A stretch of DNA of 64,000 bases from an uncultured Gammaproteobacteria bacterium (GTDB lineage: Bacteria; Patescibacteriota; Microgenomatia; Levybacterales; UBA12049): assembly GCA_964637955.1 (NCBI GenBank), contig CAZWXQ010000006.1, positions 26,926 to 90,925 on the forward strand, read 5' to 3'. Shown piece after piece: positions 10,055 to 19,245 of the stretch. Position numbers and translations under genes: made by a program. The notes beneath the pieces were generated by a model. It ran no database searches, had not been told where the DNA came from, and saw nothing but the letters and a program-made list of their open reading frames with translations. Each line of letters opens with the position of its first letter. Within the stretch, counting starts at the first letter, position 1.

Positions 10055-10480
10055 GCAAAAGAGCAGTCAGTTTGTTGTTTTATCTTTTATAAAAGTGCTA
10101 CTGGTAAATCTAATCCTCTTTCATTTAGTCTTGTTAATTGTTCACGCCCAAGCTTAGTCAAAAAATCTTCTTTTAAGTTACTAGCTTCAGGTTTTTTACT
10201 TATACCTAAAAGTTTTAAAAGTTTATTTACCATGTTTATTTGAATTTTAACACACCTTGTCAATACTGTCAAACCTATAGCAAAAAAGAGTATTTAAATC
10301 GTATGTCCTGTAGTTTTAAGCATCGAAATTAGATTGTCAAATCAATCTAAACGAAATTAAATAAAACATGTGGATAACTCGTTGATAGATATTTTATCCC
10401 CAAAACCTTGTGGAAAAGCTTGTTACCCTTTAATTATTTATGTGATTTTTTCCGGAGTTGTTTTTATTGGTTTTAGAGGA

Positions 10481-11254
10481 TTAACTTTGCTTGATAATTG
10501 GGGTGAAGAGGGTGCGAAGTGAAGGCTTATATTCGTAATTAGCAGTTGATTCGAATAAAACCTTAATAAAAGAAAGCTTTTTATCGAACCTTACCATTTT
10601 CTTTTTTTGACTACCTATATCACGTATTCTAATGAGAGTGTCATTAAGGTTGCCAAGTTCCTTATACATTCCAATTTTTACAAAAACTTGAGAAAGAACA
10701 AATGGGTAAGCAGTGTCCTTATTGAACTTAATTAAGTCTTTTGGTAGCCTTGTTTTAGCTATCATCGCAGTCTCAAATTTGAATGTTTCTCCTGTGATCA
10801 AATGCTTATAGATATCATCAAATAGCAGTGGGTAATTTGAACTCCCTATTTTACGATTTTTATCATTCACAAGAGTCGTTTGACAACCAACTGCGCCTGC
10901 TTTTAGGTTTGTTTCAAGGAATTTTACCTGCTTTGCAAGTCTAGTTCTGTCTGCGATGTTTGTTGCATCCATGAGAGCTAGGTATGATCCTTTTGAAAGA
11001 CGTACTGCGCGGTTTAGGGTGCTTGCGAGGCCATATCTCTGAAGGTTATTATAAATTCTAAGTCTTTTGTCAATCTTCTTATATTTTCGAAGAATTTTGA
11101 GGCTATTATCTCCAAGATAGTCAACTACAGCTACAATTTCAAAATTTTGGTAAGTTTGATTGCTAAGGCTATTTAGGCAGGCCTCAAGATATGCCTCTGA
11201 TTTATAAACAGGCAATATGACAGATATTAATGGTTTTGGGTTTGCTTTTATCAT
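10481..11254 (-). CDS. Family 2 glycosyltransferase
   Basis: ISVILPVYKSEAYLEACLNSLSNQTYQNFEIVAVVDYLGDNS is a GT2 N-terminal signature; DxD-like motifs present. Confidence 0.85.
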   Translation of the reverse strand: MIKANPKPLISVILPVYKSEAYLEACLNSLSNQTYQNFEIVAVVDYLGDNSLKILRKYKKIDKRLRIYNNLQRYGLASTLNRAVRLSKGSYLALMDATNIADRTRLAKQVKFLETNLKAGAVGCQTTLVNDKNRKIGSSNYPLLFDDIYKHLITGETFKFETAMIAKTRLPKDLIKFNKDTAYPFVLSQVFVKIGMYKELGNLNDTLIRIRDIGSQKKKMVRFDKKLSFIKVLFESTANYEYKPSLRTLFTPIIKQS

Positions 11255-11327
11255 AGCTGGGAAGACTACTTATGAGGGCAGAATATGGTTGTATTTAGAT
11301 AAATGTTATCAGATATTTTTAATCAAG

Positions 11328-14297
11328 TCAATTTTTACGACTCCTTCTTTCGTAAATATAAAGACCTAGCAGAACGATAATTGTTCCAACGCTTAGAATG
11401 TATCCTAAGTATTGTAAGTATTGGGGTAGGTAGACGATTATAGTTGAATTTGGATTTGTAGATTTTGGATCATAAATCCAACCATTTGCCCAGTTATTTA
11501 CTAAAATATGATTATCAAGCTTTTTTCCGAAGATTACTGGAAACTGTTTTTTTAGCTTGTTATTTGATTTAACTTCATATGCTCTCCATCCTGAATCGAA
11601 GCTTTGATAATAAGTTAGAATTCGAGAATCTGTTTTTTTACTATTCTTGTTTATTAAAACTATTCCAGAAAGGAAGTCATATGGAACTATATTTGATTTA
11701 ATACTTTTTAATTCATTGACAGCTGTTTGATTGCCGATAGCAGTATTTTGAAAATGATATGAATATCCTGCGCCATATTCTTTCATTGGTGGTAGAAAAA
11801 GGTAATTTTTTTCAAAATTTTTATTTTTAGGCAACTTAATATCAATGTCAGCTTTTCGTGAGTCATGATTAATTACGGCAAATTGAAGCTGTCTTCCGGT
11901 AGTATTTTTACTTTCAATCTGAATTAGATATGAAGATCTTTGTGAGGCTCTATCAAGAATTATTGCATAGCAGCTTTCACTATTAAATGAAGTAAATTTG
12001 AGTGTTTTTTCATTTGTTGCTTCTTGTTTAAATATCGCATTCTTATCTTTTGGCTTTAAACAATCACCTGTTTTATGGTTTAGGAAAAATATGTCAGTGT
12101 TACTGTCATAATTATCTTGATCAATTTTATTGAATGTGATTTTAGCTTTACTGCCTATTATTTCAATGTTCGGTTGCTGGTCATAGAAATTTGGATCAAG
12201 CGGAGGAAGTAGGATGGGTGAGTTTTTAACATTCTCTGGTAAATTAGAATATAGAGAGATTGTTCTATCAGTTTCAGTTATTTCGATAGGGAATTCTAGA
12301 AGTCTTCGACTATCAAACAGTGATCTGAACAAATAGTAGTAGTCATATTCTTTGCTTTCATCTGTATAGTATTGACCTAGGTCATCAAATGCGTAATCCA
12401 CATTATTATAAGAGTAGGTAGGGCCAATATTTTTAACTTCATTTAATGAATATGTATTTCTGAAATTTTGAGGACTACTTTTAAGATTTACTTTATAAAT
12501 ATAAATATCATTCGTTTTAGGATCATTGTCGGATAATGTCTTTACAAGAGTAAATTTTTTATTTGCTTTGAGATAATTTTTAAGCTCAGTAACATATAAG
12601 AATTCATATGGATTTAAATATGGGGAAATATTATCATCGTAAATAATCCAATTGACTTGGTATTTTTCCATAATATTATCGATTTGATCAAATCTTTGAG
12701 AAAAAATAGCGTGCGTCATTTCCCAATAATAGTTTTCGTTGCCACGTCCCCAAACATCAAATGAGCGATCCATTACAGGTTGTTCGATTCCATACCATAA
12801 GAATCCAGATCCGCTATAGCCCCATTTGTAAACACTCCAGCCCCAATTCCATCCCTGTGGTAGATTGGCAATTCTTTCATTTTTATTTTGCTCTCCAAAA
12901 TATTTAAATAAATCAAAATAAATAGTTGGAATGTTAATTTTAGTTCTTGAATAAAGTAGGTTTCCTGTAAATGTTGGGATTGAAACGAAAATTAATGAAC
13001 AGAAAATTACTGCTGATGCAGCTAAGATAAGTAGTTTTTCTTTTTTGATTTTTATTTTATCTATCATTAAGCTAAGAAAAGCAGACACGCCAATTCCAAA
13101 AAGCACAGCGCAGAAAAATACAAAAGCTAATGAGAATTTAGTAAAGCTAATTCTAAACGCTTGTTTAAAAACAGGCAGATTTTGAAGAATTTCAGAGATC
13201 GAAGAGAATGGAAATGTGTTGGTTGCCAGAAATGTAAGGGAAAGTAAAAAGCCTATAAAAAAGAATGTAGAGTGTTTTGAATCACGTTTATATATAGATT
13301 TTATGCATCCAAGAAGAACAAATATAAATAGCCCAATTCCTATTAATTGAACAGGCTTTTTATTCATATGATTTTCCCAATGATCAAATACTTTAAACAC
13401 AGTTCCATCCGGAACTATGTCAATCGCTTCTGATAAAAATCCTTTAAATTGAAAAATATTATCTAGGGTTCCATATTTTTTATTTTTTTCAAGAAAATCT
13501 TCAGTCGATGAAATGTTGTTGTATGAATTTAAATAAGTTCCGCTATTTTTAAAAGTGTAATATCCAACAGGGAAGAGCCAATAAGAATTAATTAGAATAG
13601 TTATGAAAAGAATTAATATTCCAGACTTAATGCTTTTTAGATCCCTATTATTTAAGAAATCCAAAAACAAGAATATGAGTAAAAGCATTATATAAACTAG
13701 GAATATTGGTGGTATAAATCCTTGAGTAGAAGTGATTAACGTAATTAGCGCGAAGATAAATAAATATTTTTTGTTTCTATTTTCAAGATACTTAATAAGG
13801 CTAAAGAATAGCCATGGCATTGCGGCATAATGAACTATAAAAGCTTCAAGTTGAATATAAAAATTTTGAATTGTTGCATAATTTAACATATAAAAAATTC
13901 CACCAAGAAGTGCTGATGCTTCACTTATGATTTGGTTTTTATTTGAAACGAGTTTTCTAACCAAATAAAATATTCCAACAGATCCTGCTAAGAGGCAAAT
14001 AAAAGTAAAAATTGACCTAAGAAACATATCGGGAATTACGATCGACATTATGAATAGTATGATTGAGTGGGGAAGTGTTGCGCCGTATCCATGTCCACCG
14101 TAAGTTCCTACTCCCTGATTTGCTTGCCAAGTGGATGTTAAAGCTCGCGAAATATTTAGTCCGAAATTAAATTCAGGATGAAGATTATCCCAACCTGTAT
14201 ACCAAGTGGTTGAGAAATTTGTGACGAATATAGCAGCAAAGACTAAAACTAAAACCGTTAAATAGTAGTTTATTTTGGGCAATTTTAGTTTTCTCAT
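11328..14297 (-). CDS. Polytopic membrane protein, GT-C-type glycosyltransferase-like (ArnT/PMT/YfhO-like) with large C-terminal extracytoplasmic domain
   Basis: About 12 predicted TM helices in the first ~430 aa, Asp in first loop (GWDNLHPEF), long soluble C-terminal region, C-terminal TM. Start overlaps the upstream GT1 gene by 4 nt (operon). Confidence 0.5.
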   Translation of the reverse strand: MRKLKLPKINYYLTVLVLVFAAIFVTNFSTTWYTGWDNLHPEFNFGLNISRALTSTWQANQGVGTYGGHGYGATLPHSIILFIMSIVIPDMFLRSIFTFICLLAGSVGIFYLVRKLVSNKNQIISEASALLGGIFYMLNYATIQNFYIQLEAFIVHYAAMPWLFFSLIKYLENRNKKYLFIFALITLITSTQGFIPPIFLVYIMLLLIFLFLDFLNNRDLKSIKSGILILFITILINSYWLFPVGYYTFKNSGTYLNSYNNISSTEDFLEKNKKYGTLDNIFQFKGFLSEAIDIVPDGTVFKVFDHWENHMNKKPVQLIGIGLFIFVLLGCIKSIYKRDSKHSTFFFIGFLLSLTFLATNTFPFSSISEILQNLPVFKQAFRISFTKFSLAFVFFCAVLFGIGVSAFLSLMIDKIKIKKEKLLILAASAVIFCSLIFVSIPTFTGNLLYSRTKINIPTIYFDLFKYFGEQNKNERIANLPQGWNWGWSVYKWGYSGSGFLWYGIEQPVMDRSFDVWGRGNENYYWEMTHAIFSQRFDQIDNIMEKYQVNWIIYDDNISPYLNPYEFLYVTELKNYLKANKKFTLVKTLSDNDPKTNDIYIYKVNLKSSPQNFRNTYSLNEVKNIGPTYSYNNVDYAFDDLGQYYTDESKEYDYYYLFRSLFDSRRLLEFPIEITETDRTISLYSNLPENVKNSPILLPPLDPNFYDQQPNIEIIGSKAKITFNKIDQDNYDSNTDIFFLNHKTGDCLKPKDKNAIFKQEATNEKTLKFTSFNSESCYAIILDRASQRSSYLIQIESKNTTGRQLQFAVINHDSRKADIDIKLPKNKNFEKNYLFLPPMKEYGAGYSYHFQNTAIGNQTAVNELKSIKSNIVPYDFLSGIVLINKNSKKTDSRILTYYQSFDSGWRAYEVKSNNKLKKQFPVIFGKKLDNHILVNNWANGWIYDPKSTNPNSTIIVYLPQYLQYLGYILSVGTIIVLLGLYIYERRSRKN

Positions 14298-15649
14298 ATT
14301 CGGTTTTGAATTAGAGAATAGGCAGATTTAAGATTGAATGAAAACCTTGGCTTGTCATTTATTTCGAAAATATTTATATTTGCTTTTGCAATTAAATTTG
14401 TGCTGTTTCTTGTTTCACCGAGTGCAGTAGAGAAGTCAGTTAAAACTTTATTGAATGATTTTTCTTGTGATTTCAGAATTAAATTTCCAAATGACTGCGT
14501 ATTAAAATTAAAAGCTAAGTCGCTAGTTTTTAATTCAAATTTATCCATCAAAATTTCTATATCATCATTTTTAAGCATCTTAGACATTTTACTACTTAAT
14601 ATAAAAGGTTTACCATATGTTATGGTATGAGAGAAGCATCCCGAGCCTCCAATAAGTCCTCTGTAAGGGAAGACAACGAGGTCTGCAGCTTGGAAATATG
14701 TAGGGATTTCTTCTTCCGGTACAAACCCTGTTACTTTTATTCCATTATCTTTGGATGCAGTATTTAGAAGTTCTTTGTAGAATTTTTGATAATACTTTTC
14801 ATGCTTTAGAGAGTATGCTTCTCCACCTGCGATAACTAAGCGAATATTTTTATATTCTTTCTTTTCTCTTAATTTTTTAACGTTACTTATAATCCAGTCA
14901 GCACCTTTATAATAAGAAACAAAACCGAAATAAAGGATTACGAATTCATTTTCTTTTACTCCAATTTTTTCTTTTGATTCACTTACGGTTTCTTTAGTCG
15001 CGATTTTATCAAGCCAGAATCTATTTAGAACTATTTTTTCAGGATTTACATACTTGGTAAGTCTGTCATAAATAACCTCATCCATAACTACGAATTTATT
15101 TACAATTATTCCTAAACTTATATACATAGATTTTAATCCTAAGTTAAATATTTTTAATTTTAGAGATTTTTTACTTAGGCCAAAATGCTTTGCTATGAAA
15201 TCAAGATTATTTACTACATTATGCGAGAAATAGGTTATATGTTTTCGAGTTAATTTTATGAGCACCATAAATGGAAGTAAGAGTGCGAAGTTTTTAATTC
15301 CACCGTTTACGAAGAATTCAGAATGAACTTGTACATATTTTACGTTATCAAATTTAAATAACCATTTTAAAATAATAGGGAAGAGAGAAGGATGTTTTTG
15401 GTCAAAAATTCTAAGTACCAAAATTCTTCCATTTGCATAAAGCTTTGGACTGTTGTCTCCCTGGACCTTTTCAGCAAAAACTACAAAGCGTTTATTATAC
15501 TTTTTACTAATAGGTTCTATTAAAGTCTTGGTATACCACGCGATACCATAATTCTTTTCACCCTTTCTTCTCGATTCGGGATAATCAGAAATTACAATAA
15601 TAGTATCTTTATTATTAAAATCTTTGATAAATTCCATATTTATTAACAA
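14294..15649 (-). CDS. Family 1 (GT4-type) glycosyltransferase
   Basis: C-terminal RLVIAGGEAYSL...VTGFVPEEEIPTYFQAADLVVFPYRGLIGGSGCFSHTITYGKPFI matches the GT1/GT4 EX7E region. First gene of a minus-strand GT1 / GT-C / GT2 operon. Confidence 0.8.
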   Translation of the reverse strand: MLINMEFIKDFNNKDTIIVISDYPESRRKGEKNYGIAWYTKTLIEPISKKYNKRFVVFAEKVQGDNSPKLYANGRILVLRIFDQKHPSLFPIILKWLFKFDNVKYVQVHSEFFVNGGIKNFALLLPFMVLIKLTRKHITYFSHNVVNNLDFIAKHFGLSKKSLKLKIFNLGLKSMYISLGIIVNKFVVMDEVIYDRLTKYVNPEKIVLNRFWLDKIATKETVSESKEKIGVKENEFVILYFGFVSYYKGADWIISNVKKLREKKEYKNIRLVIAGGEAYSLKHEKYYQKFYKELLNTASKDNGIKVTGFVPEEEIPTYFQAADLVVFPYRGLIGGSGCFSHTITYGKPFILSSKMSKMLKNDDIEILMDKFELKTSDLAFNFNTQSFGNLILKSQEKSFNKVLTDFSTALGETRNSTNLIAKANINIFEINDKPRFSFNLKSAYSLIQNRI

Positions 15650-15976
15650 GTGCCTTTCTCTTCGATCTCCCTAAATTAGAGTGATCCAAGAGAAAGGTGA
15701 ACAGGAAGGTGGGTAGCATACAGCTACAAAGTTGCGTCGTTGGACGCAGCTCCACTAACTGGATCGCCTGTAGGTTTCTACACAATCGCCGCTAATTTTG
15801 GCAACTATGTCTATTCCTACTGGGAAACCAGCCTTTCTCAGGTATTGTGCAGAACATGCACATTCTCTGCTTGCGCAGCTAGGTCAGATACCTCCAACCT
15901 TTTCCTTACCTCCCAGAGGTAAGAGGGCGTACGCCGAACGGCGTACTCTAAACCCTCTCCCTCGGAGACGGCGTGC

Positions 15977-16837
15977 TCAGCTTTCGCGGAGCGGTCTACA
16001 GGACTGCGGAGCCCAGGCGGAAGCGACGTCGTCGCTTTTGTCTCCGTCCTGGATGTCCCAGTTCTGGGAAGTCAGCTTCGATCGCTCGGAGCTGTCCAAG
16101 TGCAGTAGCGCACCCGCAAGGCCATCGTCGTAGAGACGACCGCCGTTAGGTGCTTCAGGCACGCCGCCGTACTGGTTGACCAGCGCGGAGAACGTGTAGC
16201 ACTTGGAGGTTGGCGTCCAGCCACCCATCTTGAGGGGGAGACACCACGAGGGTGCGAAGATCGACTTGACGGTCGAGTTCGCTCCCTGGATGCCCCAGTC
16301 CTTCTTGTCGAGGATGGCCTTCTGGGCTTGGGTCACGTGGACCACGGCACCGATGATCGGCTTGTTGCCGGACTTCTTCCGGATCAGGCCGAAATCGGTG
16401 TTCAGGGCGTCCTCCTCGATGCCGAACTGGTTGTCCACCTTCTGGATGGTCAAGCAAGTCCGGGCTTTCGTTACCGAGGGGGTCCAGCCGCCGGTGGCGA
16501 GAGGGGCGCACCTGTTCGGGGTCCAAATGGAGCGTACGCGGCCTTCGCCTTGCACGAGCCATCCGGCATCCGAGAGGTCTTCTCTCTGGTCCTTGGTCAG
16601 GGAGACGACGACGCCTGCGCGCTGTCTTTTCCCGTTGTAGAGAACCCCGTTCTTCGCGGAGCCTCGCTGGACGTTGATCTGGATGCCGTAGAGGCGGTCC
16701 AGGGTGTTGAGGCTGAGGCACGAGGCCGCAGTCGCAACGTTGTCGGAACCCACGAGGGGAACCGAAGGGCTGACGCCGATCAGGCCGAGGGCCATGAACA
16801 GCGCTGCTACCAGGGTGATGAGCCGCGTTCGGCGCAT
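15977..16837 (-). CDS. Secreted protein with three tandem ~85-aa Cys-containing repeats (high-GC island 1)
   Basis: Signal peptide MRRTRLITLVAALFMALGLIGV, SD AAGGAGGA before ATG. Three repeats, each ending W.P..C.PL..GGWTP. GC3-rich codon usage, sharply different from flanks. Confidence 0.7.
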   Translation of the reverse strand: MRRTRLITLVAALFMALGLIGVSPSVPLVGSDNVATAASCLSLNTLDRLYGIQINVQRGSAKNGVLYNGKRQRAGVVVSLTKDQREDLSDAGWLVQGEGRVRSIWTPNRCAPLATGGWTPSVTKARTCLTIQKVDNQFGIEEDALNTDFGLIRKKSGNKPIIGAVVHVTQAQKAILDKKDWGIQGANSTVKSIFAPSWCLPLKMGGWTPTSKCYTFSALVNQYGGVPEAPNGGRLYDDGLAGALLHLDSSERSKLTSQNWDIQDGDKSDDVASAWAPQSCRPLRES

Positions 16838-16930
16838 CGGATCCTCCTTTCGAGGAGTGGGTGGTCATAAGACCCCAACCGGAACGATCCCTCAGGACCG
16901 AAGAACGGTATTCAGGTCTAGACCGGTGGT

Positions 16931-18145
16931 CTAGGACAGCGGACGGCAGCTCTCGGGCGACCACAGCGTGACGGTCTGGCCCTTGTTGGCCGAAGCGACC
17001 GACGCAGTGTTGAGATGCATCGTCCAGCCGGGGAGTGCCGAGTACCTCTGGTTCAGCCTGAGCTGAGCGCCAGCGAGGTCGCCCTCGTTGTACTGCCAGT
17101 TGATCTTGTCCTCCGGCGTGTTCGTGAGAGCCGCGAGATCGTCGGTCGTCAGACAGACATCCTCGGGATCCTCGCTGCCGGTGGTGCCAGGATCGACTGG
17201 ATCGGGATCGGGGCCCGTGGCCGCACCGGTCATGCCGGAGTTGGCGTGGACGTTCCCGATCTCGGGCTGCACGCATGCGAAGGGCGTGCTGAGTTCGCTC
17301 CAGGAGAACCCGGACGCCCACACGGTGACTTCGCCCTTGGCGATGACGTTCGTGTACTGCGTGGAGCCCTGGCCGTCGGAATCGACGAGATGCTCATGGT
17401 AGCCCTTGAGCTTCTTCGTGATCCGGCCGGGATCGTTGGTCGTGACCACGTTGGGCCAGATGACCACGATGTTCTTGCCGTCGACCTGGAGGCCGGCGAC
17501 GTAGTTGACGTCGACGATGCGGTCGCCGTCAAGGTCAAGGGAGTCTTCCTCGGGCTGGCGAGCCTGGAACTTGACCGCGTCTGCGGTGAAGCCGGCTGCG
17601 TCGAACCACGCCTTCCAACCGTCGTTGTGGAAGTACGGGTCCAGCTCCGCGAGGAACTGCTGGTGGATCGCGAGCGCGGGTGCGCCTGCGCATTCACCGT
17701 TCGGGTTGCCGGGCTCGGGCGAGGCGTCGACGGGGCACAGGAAGATGTTCCCGTTGCTGTCGGCGTTCGCGTAGTCCGGGCACTGATCGATGCTGTTGTC
17801 CCAGCAGTCGCCGTCCCGATCGTTGTCGGTGCGAGTGCCAGGCTTGCAGCCATCGAGGATCGCGGACTTGCCGTCGTCGTCACCGAGGTTGTCGATGAAC
17901 CCGCCGGCAGCCGCCGCGAAGTTGCTCATGAGGTTCCCGCCGTGCTGCGGCAGGTTGCTCCCGTTGATCGGGACCAGCAGTGCCCCCACGATGAGAGCGC
18001 TGGTCAGGATGATGGCGAGAGCCACGGCGAGGGTCTCGAGGACCTTCGCGATGGACTTCGACCAGTTGGGGCGCGTGCGCTGCACGGGCTGCAGGTTGCC
18101 CTGCGCCATACCGGGCACGGTAGCCCAGCTTGCCTGGTTCGTCAT
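16931..18145 (-). CDS. Membrane-anchored protein with Asp-rich Ca-binding-type repeats; C-terminus shares the island-1 repeat domain
   Basis: Start chosen at internal Met (MTNQASW..., SD AGGAGA upstream) rather than ORF-track 18334. TM VLETLAVALAIILTSALIVGALLV. DNDRDGDCWDN and DLDGDRIVD motifs. C-terminal ...GWTMHLN...VTLWSPESCRPLS matches the repeats of 15977..16837. Confidence 0.6.
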   Translation of the reverse strand: MTNQASWATVPGMAQGNLQPVQRTRPNWSKSIAKVLETLAVALAIILTSALIVGALLVPINGSNLPQHGGNLMSNFAAAAGGFIDNLGDDDGKSAILDGCKPGTRTDNDRDGDCWDNSIDQCPDYANADSNGNIFLCPVDASPEPGNPNGECAGAPALAIHQQFLAELDPYFHNDGWKAWFDAAGFTADAVKFQARQPEEDSLDLDGDRIVDVNYVAGLQVDGKNIVVIWPNVVTTNDPGRITKKLKGYHEHLVDSDGQGSTQYTNVIAKGEVTVWASGFSWSELSTPFACVQPEIGNVHANSGMTGAATGPDPDPVDPGTTGSEDPEDVCLTTDDLAALTNTPEDKINWQYNEGDLAGAQLRLNQRYSALPGWTMHLNTASVASANKGQTVTLWSPESCRPLS

Positions 18146-18437
18146 GGGAGAGAGTCTCCTTGTTGTGTGCGAGTGGATGCGTCCGACTCGGTTGATGGGG
18201 TGGGTAGCCCTGGGTTTTGATTCCCTGGACACCTCCTTGGTTGGAGAGCTTCTTGACGACCTTTCTTTCGTCTGGATTGGTTGGGTTGGCCGATTGACTG
18301 GGTAGAGAGCTGAATAGACGTGATGTCCACTCATCTCTTAAGTTAAGCCCATTCGAGGCAACGATTTCTAGCACTGTTGCTAGCACGTATCGCCTGAACT
18401 TAACTCATAACTAACCCCCAGAACTCGCGCAGCATAT

Positions 18438-18550
18438 GAATTTTCAATTTAAAATTTTCAATTTTCAATGAATTTTCATTTGTTTAATTTTTAAATTTTA
18501 AACATTTGGATTTCATTTGAAATTTGAAATTAAAAATTAATAATTCTTGT
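18438..18550. repeat. AT-rich intergenic repeat family (AATTTTCAATTTTAAATTTTTAATTTTCAT...AAATTTTAAACATTTGGATTTCATT), copy 1
   Basis: Nearly identical to the copy at 36941-37045; related copies at 28285-28355, 37755-37830 and 39420-39530. Confidence 0.6.
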
Positions 18551-19245
18551 GCATGGCACAAGTTGTGGGGAATAGCTATAAAGTTAAGCTAATCAACCAA
18601 CTAAAAAATTGATAATTAGAAATTCCTGTTCACCTTGTTAACGTACTAATCTTCGCAGAAACCTTATTTTTGTAATTGCTTACAAGTAAGATCTACTCGA
18701 AGTGCAATTTATTCTTCTGTCCTTAAGGATAAAGAAGAATGTTGCAAAAATTCGCCCTGCAGAGCAGGACCTTGCTGTTTATAAAAGAGCCCGCAAATGG
18801 GCAATTTATAAAAAGCTCGCGTATTATATTACATATTATAGGCCTTTGTCAAGTTGGCTTGGTAGGGATAGGGAAGGGGTATAGTGTTATAGCAAATTTG
18901 TATAAAAAATCTGGACATATCATTAATTGTCCAATTACTATTATATATGCTATAGGACACTGTATGTTGTTTAGTTTGGTATGAAGTTTAAGCTATCAAA
19001 ACAGCTGAAAACTAGCTAAAAAGCACTCTAGCCTCAGGTCAAGGTAGAGAAAGGGAATAAGCTATTTATTTAGTTTCGATCTGAGGCTAAAAGGTGAGAT
19101 ATTAGCCTCAATCAGAAAATACGAAAAAAATACGAACGATATGACTAAATTGTGAAAATTGAGGCTGGAAGTATGTTTTGAGGCTATTTCAAGCCTGGAA
19201 TTTGGTTGCATTTAGCCTCGGCTTATTAGATACTTATAATTAGAT

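Noticed and set aside
10087-10272. 61-aa minus-strand ORF between the orphan terminator and the GT2 gene
   Set aside because: No RBS, no recognisable features. Could equally be 3' UTR of the glycosyltransferase operon. Left uncalled.
16155-18386. Long ORFs on the opposite strand and in alternate frames inside high-GC island 1 (e.g. 16155..17321 388 aa, 17015..18220 401 aa, 17230..17883, 17880..18386)
   Set aside because: Arg/Pro/Ala/Ser-dominated low-complexity translations typical of frame shadows in high-GC DNA. They overlap the two well-supported secreted-protein genes that have signal peptides and SD sequences.
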